This document shows, in pieces, positions 54,711 to 64,000 of a stretch of DNA of 64,000 nt. Origin of the DNA: Eledone cirrhosa (Eukaryota); contig OZ024747.1 of assembly GCA_964016885.1 (NCBI GenBank), forward strand, positions 83,080,001 to 83,144,000, given 5' to 3'. The position numbers and the translations under genes are program-made. Below the pieces are notes generated by a model. It saw only the letters and a list, made by a program, of their open reading frames with translations. It was not told the DNA's origin and did not search any database. Within the stretch, counting starts at the first letter, position 1. The number at the start of each line of letters is the position of its first letter.

Positions 54711-57700
54711 ATAGTTGTAAAGGAATCATATTTTGGTCAACCTCTTGATTTGATTGATGTAGGAGTAAAGGCAATTTATAATTTCTCCTCCATAACTGAA
54801 TATTATCATTGAACTATTAAAATGGTTCTTGTAGTATACTGGCTTCAATGTTAACTTGATTTATTAAATACTGTAGAACAGTGATAATTTTATTCAACAT
54901 TATTCTTGTGATCTGTAGTTATAAAGAATTTCAAATCATCTATTTATACACAAGTCTCTTGAAAAATGTAAATTGACTTCTACAGTTCTGGGCATGTTTG
55001 ATATTGTATTGTAGGGAGTGAATTTTAAACCCCTCAAATTCTAGACCAGCAAACAAGTAGAAAACTTGAATATTTCCTTTGATAATCTGTCTGGTACATT
55101 GTGTTTGTCTTATCTGCTATGGAAGCTCATGCTTCTCATTGGTAGCAACATTTAATTTGAGTAACAAAGTAAAGAAAAGGAGCTAATTGTCAAATTGAAT
55201 CTAAGAAACTGTTTCCATTGCTAATGTTGGACTTCTAATTATAAGGTCATGGGTTCAGTTCCTAAACCAGGTAATGCATTGTTCTTAAGCAAAACCCGTC
55301 ATTTAATGTTGCCTTACAAGAAAAGATGAGGGACCTTATCATTAAAACACCTGAGAACCCTCCCATTATAAGCAGCTTCATAAGATACCAAGTAAACTTG
55401 TATAAGTGAGAGCTGTAAATTTAATTTTTTTTCTTTTTTGTCATTTCATTATCTGCTAATCGCAACTTCTGGCAAAAGCATTACTGCCTCTTTGCTGTCA
55501 GAGAACGTACAGGGCCTGAGCAGATGCTGCAAGGCATTCCATTTAACTCTAACACTTTTGGACTGGTACTTTATTTATTGATCCTGAAAGGGTGAAATTC
55601 AATGTTGACCATAATGGAGTTTCAATACAGAGCCAGAACAAACACTGTAGTTAAGCGAGAATATATAATTAACCTTTGTTAAATGCACAAAATATTTTTT
55701 ATTTGCTATAAAGTGTTCTTCTACAAGTAAAAAATGTTAGGGAACTACTGGTTTATAGGATTAGACAAGATTGTTTATACAAAGTTTATTATAGATGGAA
55801 AATGTTTTAATGCTGAAGACATTTTATTAGTTTTCTTTTTCTATTTATTCATACTCTACACTTTCCTTTTATTTCAATAACCCTTTTGTAATTTTGAGAG
55901 ATTTACTGAAATATCTATTTCATTTCTAAGATAGTAATTTAAAGGGTTCTTATATAAAATTGTTAGACAATTTTAATTTAAATAAGAATTTTTAGAATGG
56001 ATGTTTCTGTTTCATAGAACAGGGGTTAGTTTTGGACAGGTTGGTATGAAAAGGACTAAGTATCTAAACAAGATGACATTTTTGTTTCCAAATATCAATT
56101 TTAGTGAATGAAGGAAAGGAAATGGGTCGGTTGATATTCATGTTGTTCTCTATTTATCTAGACTGCAACAGATAATTTCAATTTGTGTCATGTAGAGATT
56201 TTATTTAGCTTATTTTGTGGGGTGCTCTGTCAAAGAGACTGAATTAGATATTTTTAAAAATTACTGTTATATACGAATTGTGAGAATAAATCTAGGTATT
56301 TTTCAGATGCTTACTAAAAGTTGTTGAATATAGATTTTGTTTTCATCTTAAGATTGTAAGACAAACAGAACTGAATTGTTATATTGAGGACGGGTGTGAA
56401 ATTATTTGCTTGGGTGTAGTATTTTTAATACAATGTTTTGGTAGCTTTCAATAAAAAGGTGAGGGAGTCTCCTATCAAAGATTTCGTATAAAATGTCCTT
56501 TTTTACTTGTCTACAATTGATACTTATAACACACCACATGTGTGTGTGTTGATATATATATGTGTTACAACCTTCAAATAAAGATAAGCACCACAGCTCA
56601 ATGAAGTATATATGTAGAATTATTTCAATACATATATCGTATCATGTCAGTGTGCGTGTGTGTATACACATGAGCATAGTACCCATCAAAAATGACAGGA
56701 TTTCAATAGTAAACAATATTTGATTTAATAATTTCATTCCAACAATCTATGTAAATATGATCGAATTTTCGATTTTATTTGACCTCCTTGTCACTCCAGC
56801 CATTGCTGTATTTTATCATCTATCTTTGGACTGCTATAGGAATTTGTGCTCTGTTCTTGTCCAAATATAGATACATTGGTAAATATACATAGATAACTAT
56901 AAATTAACATTCAGACAGGCAGGTAGGTAATGAGATTGATAACAGTTTGATAGGCTATTATCCAAAAATAGATATGTAGATAACTGCTTCTTTGACTATT
57001 GACCATTTGTCAACACTTGTTAGAAAGGTGGGTAAGGAGAATATCAAATTACAATTTCCGAAACGAATCTAACACAGTGGATGTCATGTGACTTGTTCTA
57101 TTATAATTATGTGTTTGTATGATTATATATAATTTGTGTTTAATACTAGGAATAGTTAACTCTCTATGTGCAAAGAGTGTATTTTTTATGAGATATAACA
57201 GTATAATTTGTCCTTAGTGGCTGATCAATTCTCCTCTCGGTGGAGAATCATGATGTTTTTACACCAAAATGAAACTGCTCTCTGTGAGGAATTGTCCCTT
57301 CGATTCTCTCAATAAAAATATTTTTTTTATCTGTGTGCCATATTAAAAATGATTGTGCTCTAGGTTATCATTTCTATGAAGGATTTTATATATGTCCTAA
57401 GTTTTTTAATGCTAGTTTTCGACCATAAAAGTTCCTAAATCCACGTGTGTATTGTTTCAAGATTCCCCCCCTCAAATTCACCATTATCAATCTCATCAAC
57501 TTAGATTTTGTCATTACTGTAGGATGGAGCAGAATTTTTTTTTACTATGAAGACTGAAGCATTGACATCAGTGATAAAGACAATGTTGCACTTAACAATT
57601 ATAAATATACATTTAGTACAATAAAAACAAAATTAAACCTTAGATTAACCCTTTAATCATTATGCACATTTTTTAATACGCTCAATGTTTTTTTTTTAAA

Positions 57701-60700
57701 TCCAGTTTAATTGTATTTGCTTATCAAAGAATGTCAGGCTGTCAGTCATCAGGTCATGGGTACAATTGCTGCATTATGTTCTTGAGGAAGATGCTTCATT
57801 TCATGTTCCTTTTTTGATAGGACTAAGGTCCTTGCCATTAAAAGACCCAAGAAACCTCATGAGATGCAACATCAAAGGAAGCCTGCTAAACCTACATAGG
57901 TGTGAACCGTAAATTTCCTTCATGTTGTTAAAGTACAGTACACAGAACTTAATTAGCTAGCAAATAATTAGGTGACATTACCACTATTCTTTATATAAGA
58001 AAGGATTAAGTATGTGAGTGTTATTAACTCTTGACATCCCTGTAACAATTTAGCAGAAAATATATTAAAACAGGTTTCAAATGTTTATATCTTTAAAGCT
58101 GGACAGATCGTTGTGAAAATATTCAGTATTAGATTAAACATTTCAATTTCTAATGTGATATAGTTATAGTGCTGTTTGTACTTTTCAAGAATGTCTTGCT
58201 AATGTAGTTTCATGTGGTACATATCGTTAAGAGTTAAATACAAGTCACAAAAACCAAGACAGATACAACATGTAAAGTAAACAATAAAGTAACATACAGT
58301 TACCCATTAAATTGTATATCTGACAGTGACCATTTTGATCATTACAATGATTACAATTTAATGTTTCCTAATATAAAATTGTTAGAAAAATTTTAATTTG
58401 GTTAGTTTTGTTTCATAACTCACCAAATTTCCTGGCATCGAAGGTACACTCTCCATTTTGAGTTGCTAAGTTTGGAGGAAGGTCTACTTCTGATTAACAT
58501 AGCTTTTGGCCTCCGAGACACTAAATTTTCCAGTCTTAGTTTTTTGTGGGAAAGGTATCTTCCATGTTTGGAAATATGGTAATTAAATTTATTCGATATC
58601 ATATAGATTTATTTACTCGTGCCCCACGCCCTTTTATGCCTTTTTTTTTTTTCCCCCAAAGAAGTGATGGGTGGGGAAGAGAAGGGACAAATTATTGTCA
58701 GTGATAAAAAAAAAAAAAAAACTCAGTCTTTGCAGCTAACCACAAATCACTTCAGTTCTTCAGTGCAATGTTTGTCTTTATGGAACTTGCTTTTGTTGCT
58801 CCCTCTGGGTGTTGTGACTTTTATTCTATCACTACTCTGTCTTAACAGTCCATGGGTGCAGCCATTTTACCTCTGGAGCCCTTAATGTGCAACTCACCAT
58901 TTTCGGTAAGTACTGCTCATTATAGTGGAGAAGGAACACTTTTATTATTTTGTCAATCTATAATGTTACTAATAATGTATATATAAATATATACTACCTT
59001 TTCTAAATTAGGTGAAATTGTTTGTCCAAGATATTAGTATATTGCATTGCAGGATTGCCGATTCTAGCAATAAAATTACATGACTTAACTAGAAACTGAA
59101 AGAAATATATTATATATTGATTAGTAGCAAATTTGTTGAAGTATCTTTTTTTTTTTTTACTTTCGTGAATTATTTGATTTTTTTTTTTTTATTGCTTTGT
59201 TTAAAATTTTTCTCTCCTTTTCATGTATTTTTTAAAATTCATATATTTGCATATTGTCAAGGGGTCTTTAGATTTTTTTTTTATTTCTTTTTTTATCATG
59301 AATAATTGTTTTTATCACTTTATGAATGAGAATATTGCTAGGGTGATCTGATTTGAGTCGTTACAGCCATTCTAGATGAATTATAAATAGTGTTTAAAGC
59401 AAAACAGAAATCCATATCTTTTTATATATTTTTTAAACTGTATATTGTACAAAAGAATTCTGGTAAATTGGTTACCATATCTTTTACATTCTCATCAATC
59501 ATAATATAAGAGAACCGAGTTAGATAGCATATGGTAGTTATAATTCTCTTGACTTTGTCTCCTTCTTTTCCTCAATGAAAGGCTTTATGCTTCCCCCTTA
59601 ACATTTAACTGGAAATATCTAAAATTGGGTTTAATTCAAATGTTTATAGTATCTTTACTAGTTGACAGATTGTTCTAAAAATTTGCGAGACTAAAGACTT
59701 TAATGGAAGATGTGGTGCTACAATAGGTTCTCAGTTCAATGTGACTCAATTTATCACTTTTGTTGACATTGCCTTGTGATCTTCAATTAAGGTTTGAAGA
59801 ATTTTGAGGGATTTAATAATATGTCAAGATATTAATTTGATGTTTGGAACATAACTTAAAGGTTCCTGGGTAAAATCATGATGGAATGTCTTTAGATGAA
59901 TATAAATACTTAAAACAAACAGTTTTGTATCACAGAACTAGGAGCAGCTTTAGACGGTTTGGTTAATGTCAGTTTCCTATTTTCCATTCTCTATAAATCT
60001 GTCTTCAATATTTTATATAATTTCCAGCAATTCTGTATTTGAAAAATGTGTTTTTTTTTATATAATTAGACATGGGTTGAAATAACAAAAAAAAAACTGG
60101 TGCTTGTGAAAAATCTGCGTCAGTTCAAATTTCGCCAGTCAACTTTGCTTTTTGGCCTCCCAGGGCCAGTAAAATAAAGTACCATTCAAATACTGGGTTT
60201 CATTTAATCAACTTTGCCCTTTCTCCAAAAATTTGCTGGTTTTGTGTCTAAGTTAGAAATCAATATTTTGGAACAGTTTAGATAACATTATCAATACACT
60301 TTGGAAACCAGAAAGAACTATCTTCCTATTTTCCCTGCATGTAACATACAAAGTCTTGCCTAATTTAGCCATTTTCTTTCCCTTTTTTTTTTTTTTTTTT
60401 TTTTTTATAACAAACCAGATTATTAACTAAACACTTAGTGTTTGTACTTTTTTCTTCTTTACGTAAAGTATTTATATTAACTAGTTTGAGAGTATTCAGA
60501 TCAGGGCATTGCAGCTAAGTTAGTTCTTAGTGAATGGCATTTATTAATATGGTTACTGTGGAAATATTGTTTTACATGTTGCTTACAAAAATTCTTTGAT
60601 ATTCTGAGCTTATTTATTTGTTTTGTGTTTTTTTTTAATATGTCTGTTTTAACTTGAGTTGGCTAATAAATATATCCTTTTTGTGGCCATATTTTTAATG

Positions 60701-61813
60701 AAATACATTTTTTCAATAAATTGATGGACTTCATTACTAAGATAGTAAGTTAACATAGTTACTATATAAAATTACGTTGAAAGATTTTAATTTAAGCAGG
60801 ATCTCTTTAAAAATGGATGGTTGGCACCCCATTCCCAACTTTATGAGGTCTTGATGTTGAAAACTAATGTTGCCAAGTCCAGATTTCTGTTGCATGTTGC
60901 ATCTTTGGGCAAAGTGCATAACTCTTCTTTCTCTAGTTTGCTTTATTGGCACCAAATAAGTTCATCCTTTGAACCTTGTGGAACAGCATTAATTCGAATT
61001 TTGAAAAAGACTTCCACTCGTGAAAGAAGAGTTAAGTTTTTGTTTTTGTTTTAATGTATTTATCTGATTGCATGCTTTGCTATCTCTGAATAGTTATTCA
61101 AATATACACCTTACCACTACTATATTATCTTTAACACTTACGATATAATATGTTGTTTATGACTTTCAAATAATTTTGAAATTATTTTTTGAAGGGATTT
61201 AGTAAAATAATTAACTTTCCCATGGTGTTCCCAAAGGTCAAAGTTATGATGGAAGATTTGTAGATAGATATAAACTCTTTAAATCGAACAGTTTTGTATT
61301 GTAGAACCATGAGTGGTTTCAGGTGGATTTTTATGCATCAAAAAGGTTAAAAGAGAAACCTACTGACTGTATATTTAAATAGTTAATTGAAAATGATGAC
61401 TTTGTTCAAAACAACACATATTTCACAATCAAAGTAAATATCTTCCCAGGTATTCCTGTATTGCTTATGAAAGTTAGTATTTTACAATGTATATATGGTC
61501 ATGGATTTGATTTCTAGATTGAGTAATGCCATATCCTTGAGAATGAGCACTAGCTGCAGCTAGTGGTTAGTCCAGTAACAGACTGTTTCCTGTTCATGGG
61601 AGAATCTTTTACATAGTAAGCTTAACACCAATGATTCCAGGGTTTGTTGTGCTAGTGCAGATGTTTTTAATCACCCAGTATATTAGTTGGTTTGGTTCCT
61701 TCATGCAGCTCGTATTCACAAAAAAAAAAAAAAGTACACCATGGTAGCAAGGTTTGTATGTCTTGACTACATGTTTCGTAGGGAATTTTCTGAAAAATTT
61801 ACTAACCTCTGGG

Positions 61814-61998
61814 TTATTATTGTTTCTACATTTGGCACAAGGCCAGCAATTTCTCAGTACATTACTGGTACTTTATTTTATCGACCCCCGTAAGGATGAA
61901 AGGCAAAGTTAACCTCGGTGGAATTTGAACTCAGTCTGTAAAGGGACGTAACTATGCTAGAAAGCATGGCGTCCGACCGTCTACCCATACTGCCAATT
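61814..61998 (-). mobile_element. tRNA-derived SINE (best-preserved copy)
   Basis: Minus strand: A-box-like TGGCAGTATGG, B-box GAGTTCAAATTC, central tgcctttcatcct..gggtcgataaaataaagtaccag, AAT tail; other copies near 39843, 48800 and 60120. Confidence 0.75.
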
Positions 61999-64000
61999 GA
62001 TCACAAACACTTCTTGTTTGATGTATAATGTTCTAATATTTGTCAACCAAAACATTAAAATAATATTTGTAGTACTATTGATATACAAAATTTGGTTGTA
62101 TTTGTTGAAGGTTGCTATATGAGATATGATGGTATGTGGTTATGGTGTTCAATTCACAACTGTGAGGTCATACGATTTGATTCTGGGGTTGGGCACCAAA
62201 AATTAATTTGATGTACTCATTTTTTTGTTTGTAAATGGTGTAAACTATAAACTTTGTACATAAGTCATGTCTTGCTGTTTTCATTATTTTGAAAACCTAA
62301 CATATCTTGTATCCTGTTCTATTAATCCTCTTGTTGCAATATTTCTAATGAAATATGTGCCTATGGTTTCCAAATAGTTTTGAAAATAATCATTAATTTG
62401 GAGGGATTTAATATAATTTTCTTAAGATGCTATATGCAACATAATTTAACAAAGCTTCTTTCATAAAATTATGATAGGTTTATAGATAAATATAAACACT
62501 TTAAAACAAACAATTTTGTATCATAAAACCTGGGACAGTTTCAGGTAGATTGGTATCAAGAGTTAAGTCTTTGATTGTATAAAGTGTATACAGATTATTT
62601 TTTTTTAGTCCTGTACCATATGACACCACAGCAAAATATTCTTTTAAAGTACAAAACACTATGACTGCATCACATTAAAATTAGTCTTTGCTGTAATATA
62701 GTGAATTCTTGCCCTAATTTGTTCACTAGTGAAGGTACTATAAACATTTGAACTAACAAGGCTGTTTTTAGGTATTTTTTACTAAATCACTACAAGCTAT
62801 TAAGAGTTAAAAACTTTTGTGTTTCTTCAATTTAGTAAAGACTAGGGTGCCTCTGTATGGTCATTCAATCTGCTAGAAATATCAGCTAAATCACCCTTAA
62901 ATTGGAAGGGCATGTTGGTTAATATAATCCTGGGTGCATGCTGTCTGCTGAACCAGACACCTTAAAGCAGCTGCAGGAATGTAACAAGGGGGCCTAAATT
63001 TTTTAACAAATCGCTCTTGGAAAGAAAATGAAATTTAATTTATAGTTAACACCCATGCAGTTTTAGCTGACTTAATTATATCTCGGGTTTCTTTGATGAT
63101 TTAATAAGTACTCCAGTCTTATGAAAAGCTATGTTAAATGAAGCAACTTGTTCAATAACACAGTGTAGCCTGGTTTATGAATCAAACCCATCATCATATG
63201 ATCAGGAGTCCAATACCCTGACCACTAAGTCGTGCATTCCGAATCTCTCAACAAATTATCCTTACCGTTCTTGCTACTTACAATAAAAAAAAAAAAAAAC
63301 CCAAAAAACCTAGGTAGCTAGTATCATTTAGTTTGGACAGGAACCACCCCTCTGAATTTGGCTTTCAAAAAATTATGGAAGGTTTTTACATAAATATAAA
63401 TACATCAACTTTTTCATTTTCATATTTCCAATGAAAAGCACGACCTATATTTTAAAATCATTTTGAAAAATATAAAAAATTTGGAAGGATTTAGCAATAT
63501 TTTCTCATTAAGCTGGTGTTTGGAACATAATTTAACAAAAGATTCTTATATAAAATCTCCCATCATAATTTTATATATCTATAAGCACTTTAAAATAGTA
63601 TTATATCGTAAAACCAGGCACAGTTTCTGGCAGCTTGATATCAAAAGGGTTAACTTGCGTTTTATTATAACAATGTTATTTTTTAATGTGTCTACTGTCA
63701 TTTTATTGACATCTTCTAGATCTCAAGTGCCTTTACAGGTGATTCATTAAAAGAGGCATTTCCATGATGAGTATAGCTCAGGTACAGACATGCTTCAATG
63801 TAAAGAACTAGAACAAATATTGCATAGAACAAGCATTTAAGGCAATGTTTGCCTATTAGAGCAGTTGTTAGACATGTAGTCCCCATTATAAGCTTTATAC
63901 TCATCATGAGGGACGTTTCTGAAGCAATGTTCAATGCCTTTCCTGGTACTAACCTTTTTTAGTCACCTCTTACAACACATGGACATGGTGTACTTATTAT

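Noticed and set aside
58500-58910. Candidate next UBAP2 exon or intronic snoRNA
   Set aside because: No phase-0 exon giving the expected L..TKVF motif and no convincing C/D or H/ACA box pair

Overview
AT-rich eukaryotic DNA; the repeat families and microsatellite load look molluscan, probably octopus-like (inference). The left ~17 kb is a transposon nest built in and around (TA)n microsatellites. It holds a near-complete RTE-clade LINE with a PHD-like zinc finger inside the RT region, a CR1-group LINE with an uninterrupted 1007-aa APE+RT ORF, a DD37D Tc1/mariner remnant, RTE 3'-end copies, and several non-coding long inverted-repeat elements. From ~19.7 kb to the end is the 5' part of a + strand UBAP2/UBAP2L (lingerer)-like gene: a probable non-coding exon 1 and 7 phase-compatible coding exons (UBA domain, RG-rich region). 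Its large introns contain tRNA-derived SINEs, TTAA-ended piggyBac-type MITEs and LINE fragments. The most notable signal is six type I hammerhead ribozyme motifs from four sequence-unrelated non-coding elements, four with complete cores and two degenerate. All lie in (TA)n-associated modules, and three of the four modules are inverted repeats or palindromes resembling Penelope-like pLTRs. One hammerhead is on the sense strand of a gene intron. All folds were read by eye; no searches were run.
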